Shown: positions 8,635-16,818, numbered from the stretch's first letter. The stretch: 64,000 nt of DNA from Thermoplasmata archaeon (GCA_022749935.1 JAKIWQ010000003.1:25138-89137); one strand, 5' to 3'. Notes: a model not told the origin generated them from the letters alone. Program-made: numbers and translations.

Positions 8635-11600
8635 CTACTTCTCGTCGTCCTCGTCTTCGTCGTCGTCGTCCGCGTCCTTCTCCTTGCTCTTCCGGTCCTG
8701 GCCCGAGCGGCCGGAACCCTTCGGAGTCGACGACTTTCGGCGCGACCGGATCACGAGGTAGATCACGACGATGACCGCCACCGCCGCGGCCCCGATCCCG
8801 ATGTCGATCAGGAGGGTGGTCGTGGGGTTGGGGTTCACCGTGATGGACTGCTGGACCGTCTGGGGCCCGTTCGCGTAGTCGCCGGCGAACTCGTTGCTCG
8901 CGGTCGCGTTCGCGTAGAGCACGAAGTTCCCGGTCGAGCCGGGGTTCCAGGAGATCTCCGCCCGTACGGTCTTGTTGAACCCGAGGGTCGGGACGGCGCC
9001 CGTGGCGAGCACGGTCGAGTTGACGACTCCACCCACGTAGTTGTAGAACCGCACCGACTGGGGTGACCCCCCGACGAGCGCCTTGTTCCCGGTCCCGCTC
9101 GGCGACAGGGTGTAGAACGACACGGTCACGTTGTTCGCGACCGCACTGCTGCCGCCACCCACGGTCACGTTGACCCAGATCGTGTACGACGTACCCGACG
9201 TGAGGGTCGAGGGGGCGGTCAGGTTGTTCGACGCGAGGAGGACGCGGAACGTGGTGTTCACCGACACGGTCAGGGTCTGGTTCGCGTAGGCGTGGTTCCC
9301 GTTCAGGTCCCAGACCGTCAGGTTCACGAGGTATGGCTTCAACTGCGGGTTCAGCCAAGTGCTCGGGACGCTCCCGTTCGGCTTGACGGTCGAGTAGTTC
9401 GCGCCCCAGTGAACGCTCGTGTTGCCCGGGTTGGTGAGGAGCCAGTAGTACCGGACCAGGGACCCGTTGTGCGGGTCGGTCGCGTTCGCCGCGTTCAGTT
9501 GGACCTTCACGCTGTCGTTCTTGCCGACCTGGATGTTGGTGCCGGAGATCGCCTTGCCCGCCGCATTCTGGAGCACGAACGCCGAAGTGGGCTTCTCCGT
9601 GTCGTTCACGAGGACGTTGAACGTCGCCGTGTTGGACTGCCCCGTACCGGACCAGACGGTGAGGCTGACGTTGAACTCCCAGCCGGTCAGGGTGACCGGG
9701 CTCCCGCCGACGAGGGCGGTCTTGGTGTAGTAGTTGCCCGCGCCGAGGAAATGCGGGGTCCAGTTGCCGGGCACCGGGACGCCGTTGGTGCTGGCGGAGA
9801 AGTTCTGGGTGGACTTGTACCCCTTCGCGGTGATGGTCCAAGAGGCGACCGAAATGACGTCGTGGACCGGCGCGGTCGGCGAGATGAGCGCCGTACTCCC
9901 GGTCGCGTTCAGCTGGATCGGGGTCGACCAGTTAATCCGGGCATACGGCCCGGGGGTCGTGAACGAGCTCGTCCAGTTGCCGGTGATCTTCGCGGTGACG
10001 CCACCGGTCGCCGCGACCCAGACCTTGAACTTCGTGTTGTTGACCTGCCCGCCAGAACTAGTCACCGTCAGGGTCCCCGTGTAGGGGGTGCTTCCACTGG
10101 CCGTGGCGTAGGTGTGGTTGGCCGTCACGACGCCCTTCGTCACGTTCGGGCTCGCGTCGCCGAAATCCCAGACGAACTTCGTACCGTTCGTCCCCGCCGG
10201 ATAGGTCGAGTTGAGCGCGCTGAACGTGACGTTCTGGCCGACCCCGACCACGACCGTGTAGTTCGCGTGGGTCCCGTTGAGGACGTTCTTCGAGGAGAAG
10301 GCGAAGTTCTTGACCGAGACATTCACGTTGGCGGTCAGGTTCGCCGCCTTCACGATCGAGAACGTCGCGGTGCCCGACGGGGTCGAGGACGGGAGCGACG
10401 AGAGCGTGAACTTGGTCCAGGTCCCGTTCGGCCCGGTCGGAGAGAGCGACGTTTGCGCCGGAGGGGTCGTGCCCGCCGCGAGCACGTAGTCCGCGGGCAG
10501 GACGACACTGTAGTTGTAGACGTCGGCCGCGGTGGTGGGGTGGGCGAACCCGAAGGAGACCGAGTACGCGCTCGAGTTCTTCGGGAAGGTACCGTTCACG
10601 GCGTAGACCGAGTGCCATCCGTAGGAGATCGACCCGCCGACCGTGGACGGGTTGCACGTCCCAAGGCACGACGACGAGAAGTTGGCCAAGGTAGGACTCA
10701 CGGTCGGGTTGAGGAAGCCGGTCCCGTTGATGGTCAGACCCGCCTGCACCGCGGGGAAGGTCGGGCCGGACGAGGCGAGCCACGCCTGCACGCCGGCGTT
10801 GTCGACCGACGAGAAGTTGACCGAGTGCGCCCAATCCAAGCCGAGTTGCGCCCAGAGCTGGCTGACCGTCCCGTTCGGAAGGTCGGAGAGGACCGAGTTG
10901 TTGCCGAGGTTGACCCCCGTGACGACCGAGATGTTCCCCGAGCCTCCGAGGAGGTTGAGCTTCGAGAGGTTGAGGGTCGTCGCGTAGACACCGAGCTGGC
11001 TCGGCACCAGGGGACTCACCGACAGGTCGTGGGTCACGATCCCCGGTGCGGAGACCGGGAGGTAGAACCAGTTGGTCGTGTAGCCCGAGGTCGCAAGGAC
11101 CACGTCAAACGTGTTGGTCCCGCTCGTGAATCCCGCCGGGTACGTACCCGTAGAGTAGAATCCCCCCGCGGTCGCGGAGGAGTAGATGTACTGGTTCGTC
11201 GGGTCGATCAACGTCACGTTGCCCACATTGGGCACCGGAGCGCCCGTCGAGGCGACGGAGACCCGCCCTTGGACCACGTAGCTGTTGAGCTGGGGATTGA
11301 CCCGCGTCGGCGTTCGGTTGGCGACCGTGACCTGAGTGTAGTTGTAGGTCGTCGGGACCCCATTGAAGGTCGTCTGCAGTACCCAGGTGCCGAACGGAAC
11401 CTTGAGCGTGAAGCTCCCGTTCATGTCGGTGGTGTTGTTGACCAACGACACTCCGTTGTACTTGGCGGCCAGTAGGGAGACGATCGCCCCTTGCTCCCGA
11501 TTCCCTTGGGAGGTGACGTTCCCCCGCAAGGTGGCAGTGTACGAGAGGACGGCGACGTTGGGAACGGTGATGGCGTAGCTGACCTTCGTCAGTTGGCTCG

Positions 11601-12006
11601 CGTTCTGGTCGTAGTACACGGGCGTCGAGTTCTGCGGCAGGATCGCGCATGCGAACGGACGACAGGCGTTCAGGGTGAGGTTCGTCTGGACCGGTACGAA
11701 GACTCCCCAGAAGCCGGGCGCGAGCCCCGAGCACGGGTTCGAGCCGGAGCTCGAGACCTTGAAGAGACCGCCGCTGGCGACGGTCGTGGTGCAGAGGGCA
11801 CCCGTCGCCTTGGACACGACGTCGACCTGCACGCCCGAAGGGACCGGGGGATGACCTGCTCCCGGTTGCTCGACTGCCCCGCTCAGCGTGTACGTCGGCG
11901 ACGCCGCGGCCGCGACCCCGACCAGCGCGCCCAGCGTACTCGCCAGGACCACGAGGGCCAGGACCCACAAGGCGGCATGGGACCCAATCCGGACCAACTG
12001 CTTCAC
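8635..12006 (-). CDS. Very large secreted, C-terminally membrane-anchored glycoprotein (S-layer or cell-surface protein candidate) with at least one PKD-like domain
   Basis: 1123-aa ORF with an N-terminal signal/TM segment (ALWVLALVVLASTLGALVGVAAA). It is rich in T/S/N/V/G and carries several dozen N-x-S/T sequons. A PKD-like stretch reads FVWDFGDASPNVT...HTYA...YTGTLTVT. The C-terminal TM helix is followed by a basic then poly-acidic tail (DADDDDEDEDDEK). Confidence 0.75.
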   Translation of the reverse strand: MKQLVRIGSHAALWVLALVVLASTLGALVGVAAAASPTYTLSGAVEQPGAGHPPVPSGVQVDVVSKATGALCTTTVASGGLFKVSSSGSNPCSGLAPGFWGVFVPVQTNLTLNACRPFACAILPQNSTPVYYDQNASQLTKVSYAITVPNVAVLSYTATLRGNVTSQGNREQGAIVSLLAAKYNGVSLVNNTTDMNGSFTLKVPFGTWVLQTTFNGVPTTYNYTQVTVANRTPTRVNPQLNSYVVQGRVSVASTGAPVPNVGNVTLIDPTNQYIYSSATAGGFYSTGTYPAGFTSGTNTFDVVLATSGYTTNWFYLPVSAPGIVTHDLSVSPLVPSQLGVYATTLNLSKLNLLGGSGNISVVTGVNLGNNSVLSDLPNGTVSQLWAQLGLDWAHSVNFSSVDNAGVQAWLASSGPTFPAVQAGLTINGTGFLNPTVSPTLANFSSSCLGTCNPSTVGGSISYGWHSVYAVNGTFPKNSSAYSVSFGFAHPTTAADVYNYSVVLPADYVLAAGTTPPAQTSLSPTGPNGTWTKFTLSSLPSSTPSGTATFSIVKAANLTANVNVSVKNFAFSSKNVLNGTHANYTVVVGVGQNVTFSALNSTYPAGTNGTKFVWDFGDASPNVTKGVVTANHTYATASGSTPYTGTLTVTSSGGQVNNTKFKVWVAATGGVTAKITGNWTSSFTTPGPYARINWSTPIQLNATGSTALISPTAPVHDVISVASWTITAKGYKSTQNFSASTNGVPVPGNWTPHFLGAGNYYTKTALVGGSPVTLTGWEFNVSLTVWSGTGQSNTATFNVLVNDTEKPTSAFVLQNAAGKAISGTNIQVGKNDSVKVQLNAANATDPHNGSLVRYYWLLTNPGNTSVHWGANYSTVKPNGSVPSTWLNPQLKPYLVNLTVWDLNGNHAYANQTLTVSVNTTFRVLLASNNLTAPSTLTSGTSYTIWVNVTVGGGSSAVANNVTVSFYTLSPSGTGNKALVGGSPQSVRFYNYVGGVVNSTVLATGAVPTLGFNKTVRAEISWNPGSTGNFVLYANATASNEFAGDYANGPQTVQQSITVNPNPTTTLLIDIGIGAAAVAVIVVIYLVIRSRRKSSTPKGSGRSGQDRKSKEKDADDDDEDEDDEK

Positions 12007-12019
12007 GTCTCCCGTTGCT

Positions 12020-12039
12020 CGCCTCCTTATAGGGAGGCG
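12020..12039 (-). promoter_or_regulatory. Perfect 7-bp inverted repeat enclosing a TATA-like hexamer, upstream of the surface-protein gene
   Basis: CGCCTCC-TTATAG-GGAGGCG. The loop reads CTATAA on the minus strand and lies 21-26 nt upstream of the ATG at 12006. The element is also downstream of the cdc48 stop, so a terminator role is possible. Confidence 0.4.
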
Positions 12040-12124
12040 CGGCGCCGAACTTGGCCCTGCTACATATAGCTTGCCCGGTGCAAAATTCCGGCGAATCCCG
12101 ACCCGCGGTCCGGCGAGGGCAACG

Positions 12125-14347
12125 CTACCGGTAGATTCCTTGGACGGGCTCGCTCCGTTGGGCCACGCGGTCGCGGAAGAGTCGCTTTTCGTACTCTTCG
12201 TAGGACCGGAGCGTATCGGCGTCGCACGACGGCCGCACCGTGCGCAGCGCGCCGTCGAAATGGGCCCGGGTCACCTTGGAGGCCTTGATGTTCTCCCGAA
12301 GTGCGGAGAGCCCCGCTTCCCGGCAGAGGGCCGCGAGATCGCTCCCGACGTATCCTTCGGTTCGGACGGCCAGCGCGTTGAGGTCGACGTCGTCCGCGAG
12401 CGGCATTCGCTTCGTGTGGACCTTCAGCACCTCGACCCGGCCGACGACGTTCGGCGGCTCGACATACAGAAGCCGATCGAAGCGACCCGTCCGGAGGAGC
12501 GCCTCATCCAGGATGTCCGGCCGGTTGGTCGCGGCGATGACCAAGACCCGCTCGAGGGATTCGAGCCCGTCGATCGAGGTCAGGAGCTGGTTGACGATCC
12601 GTTCCGTCACCCCGCTCGAGTTCTGGAGACCGCGACGCGGAGCGATGGAATCGATCTCGTCGATGAACACGATCGACGGGGACGCCTGCCGGGCCTTCTT
12701 GAAGATCATTCGGATGGCTTTCTCGCTCTCTCCGACCCACTTGCTCATCACTTCGGGTCCCTTGACCGAGATGAAATTGGCCTGGCTTTCCGTCGCGGCC
12801 GCCTTCGCGAGGAGGGTCTTCCCGACCCCGGGCGGACCGTAGAGCAGGATGCCCCGCGGAGGGTCGATGCCGATGTGACGGTAGGCTTCGGGATGCTTGA
12901 ACGGCAACTCGACCGATTCCTCCAGCACCCGACGGACCCGTTCGAGGCCTCCGACCTCCTCCCAACGGGTCGAGGGGATCTCGACGGTTACGTCGCGCAG
13001 GCTCGAGGGTTCGATCTGCTTCAGGGCCTCGCGGAAATCCTGGTCGGTGACCTTCATCCGCTCGAGAAGGGAGATCGGGATCGGCTGGTCGAAGTCGATC
13101 TCGGGGAGGTACCTTCGAAGCGCCCGCATCGCCGCCTCCCGGCCGAGCGAGGAGAGGTCCGCTCCGACGAATCCGTGGCTCTGGGCCGCCAGGTCCTTGA
13201 GCAGACGCTCCCGATCCCGCTCCGACCCTTCGATCGGCATCCCGCGCGTGTGGATCTGGAGGATCTCGAGTCGACCCTCCTGGGTCGGGACCCCGATCTC
13301 GATCTCCCGGTCGAAGCGACCGGGACGTCGGAGCGCGGGATCGATCGCCTCTTCCCGATTGGTCGCGGCGATTACGATGACGTTCCCTCGTCCGGAGAGC
13401 CCGTCCATGAGCGTGAGCAGTTGGGCGACGACCCGGCGCTCGACCTCGCCGACGACCTCATCGCGACGGGGCGCGATCGAGTCGAGCTCGTCGATGAAGA
13501 TGACGCTCGGGGCGTTCTTCTCCGCCTCCTCGAACTTCTCCCGAAGCTCCTTCTCGCTCTCCCCGTAGTACTTCGAGATGATCTCCGGGCCCTGGATCCC
13601 GATGAAGTGGGCACCGGCCTCGTTTGCGACCGCCTTGGCGATGAGGGTCTTGCCGGTCCCCGGCGGGCCGTAGAGCAGGACTCCCTTCGGGGGCGTGATC
13701 GCGAGCCGGTCGAACAGCTCCGGATGCTTCAGGGGGAGTTCGATCATCTCCCGCACGCGGCCGAGCTTCTCCTTCAGCCCGCCGATGTCCTCGTAGGAGA
13801 TGCGTGGGGCCGCGACCTCCGTCTCGCTGACCGTCTCTTCCTTGATGGTGATCAAGGTCGCGGGCGCGACCTGGACGAACCCCTTCGGCTGGGTCGCGAC
13901 CACCATGAACGGAAGCGAGCCTCCCATGAGGAACACCCCCGGAATGACGAACACGTCGCCGCGGACAAAGGGACGGCGCGCGAGCGCCTTCGCGACGAAG
14001 CTCTCGAGGCCCGGCCCGAGGTCCATGCGGGCCGACCCCGCGTAGATCGGTGCGATCGTCACGGAATCGGCGTTCGGCGCATCGATCCGCATGACGGAGA
14101 TTCGGTCGCCGATGCTGACGCCGGCGTTACGACGCACCACCGCCTCGATCCGGACGAGCCCCTTACCCTCGTCGTCGGGTTGGGCTCGGCTGACGACCGC
14201 GGGGGTGGCCTTGCGACCCCGGATCTCCACTACGTCGCCGAGCCCCACCTTCAGGCGTTGACGGGTCTGGACGTCGAGGCGGGCGGTGCCCAGACCGATG
14301 TCCTGCTGGAAGGCTTCGGCGACGCGCAGCGTGATGGCTTCGCCCAT
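12125..14347 (-). CDS. cdc48: CDC48/VCP/VAT-type AAA+ ATPase (two AAA domains)
   Basis: 740-aa ORF with two Walker A motifs (GPPGTGKT and GPPGVGKT), two DE Walker B motifs, and an N-terminal double-psi-barrel-like domain. Confidence 0.95.
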   Translation of the reverse strand: MGEAITLRVAEAFQQDIGLGTARLDVQTRQRLKVGLGDVVEIRGRKATPAVVSRAQPDDEGKGLVRIEAVVRRNAGVSIGDRISVMRIDAPNADSVTIAPIYAGSARMDLGPGLESFVAKALARRPFVRGDVFVIPGVFLMGGSLPFMVVATQPKGFVQVAPATLITIKEETVSETEVAAPRISYEDIGGLKEKLGRVREMIELPLKHPELFDRLAITPPKGVLLYGPPGTGKTLIAKAVANEAGAHFIGIQGPEIISKYYGESEKELREKFEEAEKNAPSVIFIDELDSIAPRRDEVVGEVERRVVAQLLTLMDGLSGRGNVIVIAATNREEAIDPALRRPGRFDREIEIGVPTQEGRLEILQIHTRGMPIEGSERDRERLLKDLAAQSHGFVGADLSSLGREAAMRALRRYLPEIDFDQPIPISLLERMKVTDQDFREALKQIEPSSLRDVTVEIPSTRWEEVGGLERVRRVLEESVELPFKHPEAYRHIGIDPPRGILLYGPPGVGKTLLAKAAATESQANFISVKGPEVMSKWVGESEKAIRMIFKKARQASPSIVFIDEIDSIAPRRGLQNSSGVTERIVNQLLTSIDGLESLERVLVIAATNRPDILDEALLRTGRFDRLLYVEPPNVVGRVEVLKVHTKRMPLADDVDLNALAVRTEGYVGSDLAALCREAGLSALRENIKASKVTRAHFDGALRTVRPSCDADTLRSYEEYEKRLFRDRVAQRSEPVQGIYR

Positions 14348-14374
14348 CGGCGAGCCGTTTCACCCGTACCCCGC

Positions 14375-14382
14375 CTAAATAG
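14375..14382 (-). promoter_or_regulatory. TATA-like box (CTATTTAG on minus strand) upstream of cdc48
   Basis: AT-rich octamer about 28-35 nt upstream of the cdc48 ATG (14347). A near-identical CTAAATAG box recurs upstream of the gene starting at 25378, and a similar CTAAATAT box upstream of the gene starting at 35175. Confidence 0.45.
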
Positions 14383-14485
14383 GTTCTTGTCTGGCGGGCG
14401 TCGCGCCCGGCCACGAGGCGCTCCGGGTTCTGTTCGGTCCTCAGGAACGGAAGCGAGATATGGAGGCCGGAACGTCGAACGACTC

Positions 14486-15388
14486 GTGACCGACCCCACC
14501 CCGTCTCCCGCAGTTCTGCTGCGGCTCCTGGCGGCGGCGGGGTACCGCGTCCAGCGCCACGAGTTGGCCACGACCGCGGTCCGGATCCGGGACCGTAGGG
14601 CGGTAGTTCTCTCTGCGGCGACCCGTTCGCCCGCGGAGCTCGACAGTCTCTTCCCCGTCGACTCGACCCACCGGACGATCATCTACGACGACGATCCGGG
14701 TCCGGTGGCTCGGGAGATCGCGGCCGACCGCGGGATCGAGACCCTGGACCCTTCGACGCTCGGCCCGGCCCTCGGGGAGCTCCTGCTTCCGTCCCCCTCG
14801 TCTCCGGCGGAGGAACCGACGCGGGGCCCGACCCTCGAGACCCCCTTCTCCGTCCTCCCCGAAGGTGTGCGGATCGTCCGTCCGCGCATCGGTCGGAGCG
14901 AAGCCCAACTCCTGGTCGGGGCGGACGGGCCGGGGTTCACGCTCCGTCTCGTTCCGTTCTTTGTCGCCCCGTACCGTGTACGACCCGCCTCCCCGTATGG
15001 GGAGGGGGTGAAGGTCATCGACCGAACGGTCGCGGTCCATGGCGTATCCAAACACGCGGAGATCTGGGAGGAAGTGGATCGGGAGCTCGTGAGCCGACTC
15101 GAGATCCCTCACCAGTTCATCGCACCCGAGCTGACCGCGTCCGAGGCCGCCGGGATCGCGCTGGAGGCGATCCGACGCCACCATACGATCCACGTCGACC
15201 ACACCGAGCAGCACGGGGGGGCGCTCGTAATCGAGACGCGTCGCGTGCCGCCGGGCCCCGACGACATTCGGATCGGACCGCTGCAGCTGATCTATCTCCC
15301 CCACTGGTACGCCGAGGGCTCTCAGGGCCGCGTCGTCCTCGACGCAGTGACCGGCCACCGGAACGCCACGCCGCCGTCGGCTCGATAG
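14486..15388 (+). CDS. Hypothetical protein (about 300 aa)
   Basis: Distal part of the 1166-aa track ORF 11888..15388, taken from GTG 14486 after the cdc48 antisense region ends. It has strongly GC-rich third positions. The competing minus-strand ORF 14441..15358 looks less protein-like. No family is recognised with confidence. Confidence 0.5.
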   Translation: MTDPTPSPAVLLRLLAAAGYRVQRHELATTAVRIRDRRAVVLSAATRSPAELDSLFPVDSTHRTIIYDDDPGPVAREIAADRGIETLDPSTLGPALGELLLPSPSSPAEEPTRGPTLETPFSVLPEGVRIVRPRIGRSEAQLLVGADGPGFTLRLVPFFVAPYRVRPASPYGEGVKVIDRTVAVHGVSKHAEIWEEVDRELVSRLEIPHQFIAPELTASEAAGIALEAIRRHHTIHVDHTEQHGGALVIETRRVPPGPDDIRIGPLQLIYLPHWYAEGSQGRVVLDAVTGHRNATPPSAR

Positions 15389-15431
15389 GTCGTTCCTCCA
15401 TCGTCAAATACGCCCCCCCGCTCGAGCGCCC

Positions 15432-16043
15432 GTGCTCCTCGACCAGTACCGAATCGGGCCGGCGTTGAACTTCACCTACCTCGTGGCGAACGAGGAAGGA
15501 GGGGAAGGCGTCGTGATCGACCCGTCGTACGGGATCGATCCGGTCCTGGCCGCCATCGACGCGAAACGCGTCAAAGTGCGCTACATCCTGAACACCCACA
15601 GCCACACCGACCACGTCGTCGGCAACGCGGACGTCCGAGAACGGACCGGGGCGAAAGTCGTGGCCCACCGGGTCGCTCCCCTCGGGCAGGACGTCTCGGT
15701 GGAGGACGGGGACCGGTTCAAGGTGGGTCCGCTCTCGTTCGAAGTCGCCCACACGCCGGGGCACACGAAAGACAGCGTCCTCTACATTTTCGAGGGACAG
15801 GTCGCCACCGGCGACACCCTCTTCGTGGGCGAGTGCGGCCGCACCGACCTGCCCGGAGGCAGCCCCGCCGAGATGTACGACAGTCTCCTCCGCCGGGTCG
15901 TTCACCTCGACGATGCGCTCGTCGTCCTCCCGGGGCACGACTACGGGGTCACTCCGACCTCGACCATCGGCCGGGAGAAGGCGGAAAACTACACGCTCCA
16001 ACCGCGCACGAAGGACGAGTTCCTCGCCTTCCTCCGGGAGTAG
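15432..16043 (+). CDS. MBL-fold metallo-hydrolase (glyoxalase II-like)
   Basis: 203-aa ORF with the HSHTDH (HxHxDH) motif and the downstream H and D ligands (HTPGHT, GD.LF..GCGR). Confidence 0.85.
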   Translation: MLLDQYRIGPALNFTYLVANEEGGEGVVIDPSYGIDPVLAAIDAKRVKVRYILNTHSHTDHVVGNADVRERTGAKVVAHRVAPLGQDVSVEDGDRFKVGPLSFEVAHTPGHTKDSVLYIFEGQVATGDTLFVGECGRTDLPGGSPAEMYDSLLRRVVHLDDALVVLPGHDYGVTPTSTIGREKAENYTLQPRTKDEFLAFLRE

Positions 16044-16048
16044 GAGTC

Positions 16049-16615
16049 GTGCCTCCCCTTCCTACCCCCGAGGAGCGAAGCCTTCGGGCCGTGGGTGCCC
16101 GTCGACCGACCGCGGGCACTCCTCCGACCTCCGAACTAATCCGGCAACTGCGGGAGCTCGCTCGGGACGACTCGTCCCTCGTCGCGCTCTTCGATGCGCG
16201 TGGGATCGCCGGGGAGCGGCACCTGCTCTCCGCCTGGGCTCACCTCGGACGTTCCCGCGGTCGCGGGGAGACGCGCCTTCGGGACCGGGGTGCGGAGTTC
16301 GCCCTGTACGTGTCGGGAGAGGATCAACTTCCTCGGGCGCTCGCCCGGGTGGGCGTCTCGGACGACACCTCCCAGTTCGTGGTCGTGGCGGAGCGCCCCG
16401 TCGAACCGAACGACCTGGTCGCGCGGTTCGGTCTCGCGCTCGACCCGACCGCCTATCCCCGGGCGGTGGTCGAGGAAACCCTCGACCGAATCGGGGTCAA
16501 CGAAGCGGAGCGTCGTGCCGTACCGACCTCGGCCTGGGAGGGACTCGTGCTCGAGCGGGTCGCCCTGGTGGACCTCACGACCCCCTCGGGACACGCGTCA
16601 ACGGCAAAGCATTAA
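16049..16615 (+). CDS. cgi121: KEOPS complex subunit Cgi121
   Basis: Distal part of track ORF 15833..16615 from GTG 16049, just after the MBL stop. The HLLSAWAH...AEFALYVSGEDQLPRALARVGV pattern resembles archaeal Cgi121. Confidence 0.6.
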   Translation: MPPLPTPEERSLRAVGARRPTAGTPPTSELIRQLRELARDDSSLVALFDARGIAGERHLLSAWAHLGRSRGRGETRLRDRGAEFALYVSGEDQLPRALARVGVSDDTSQFVVVAERPVEPNDLVARFGLALDPTAYPRAVVEETLDRIGVNEAERRAVPTSAWEGLVLERVALVDLTTPSGHASTAKH

Positions 16616-16655
16616 CCACGGAAGTCGGTCGGAGCGCCGGTCCGCGGGCGTCCGT

Positions 16656-16757
16656 GCAGGTGTAATCTAGTGGCTAGGATGTCAGCCCTCCAAGCTGACC
16701 ACCCGGGTTCGAATCGGCGGACCGGTCCGATCCGCCGCGGAGCTCCCGGCACCTGCA
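16656..16757 (+). tRNA. tRNA gene with a 30-nt insertion (putative non-canonical intron) in the T-loop; anticodon loop CCTCCAA (UCC, Gly, by standard numbering, with C33)
   Basis: Acceptor GCAGGTG/CACCTGC forms 7 perfect bp with discriminator A. D-stem is ATCT/GGAT and the anticodon stem is TCAGC/GCTGA. T-stem CCGGG (16703-07) pairs perfectly with CCCGG (16745-49), enclosing TTCGAAT plus about 30 extra nt (16715-16744). Confidence 0.6.
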
Positions 16758-16818
16758 CTCCCGACGTCCTCGGACCCCGGGCGAGGGTTTATTCCCGAGG
16801 GTTCCGCTCGCTCTTCGC

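Noticed and set aside
8638-8679. Apparent triplet tandem repeat (GTC/GTC/CTC run)
   Set aside because: It is the antisense image of the poly-Asp/Glu C-terminal tail of the 1123-aa surface protein. It is coding low complexity, not a non-coding microsatellite.
11888-14440. Most of a 1166-aa plus-strand ORF running antisense through the surface-protein start and all of cdc48
   Set aside because: It lies exactly antisense to a high-confidence AAA+ ATPase gene and is R/G/D/P-rich with no motifs. In high-GC genomes the codon-aligned antisense frame rarely contains stops, because the sense codons TTA/CTA/TCA are rare. Only the distal 300 codons outside cdc48 were kept as a possible gene.
16682-16698. 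Reading the anticodon region of the intron-containing tRNA as CCA (tRNA-Trp). Archaeal tRNA-Trp genes classically carry introns and the string CTCCAAG is present.
   Set aside because: Placing CCA at positions 34-36 requires an anticodon stem CAGCC/CTGAC, which does not pair. The only stable stem (TCAGC/GCTGA) gives the loop CCTCCAA, i.e. UCC with C33.
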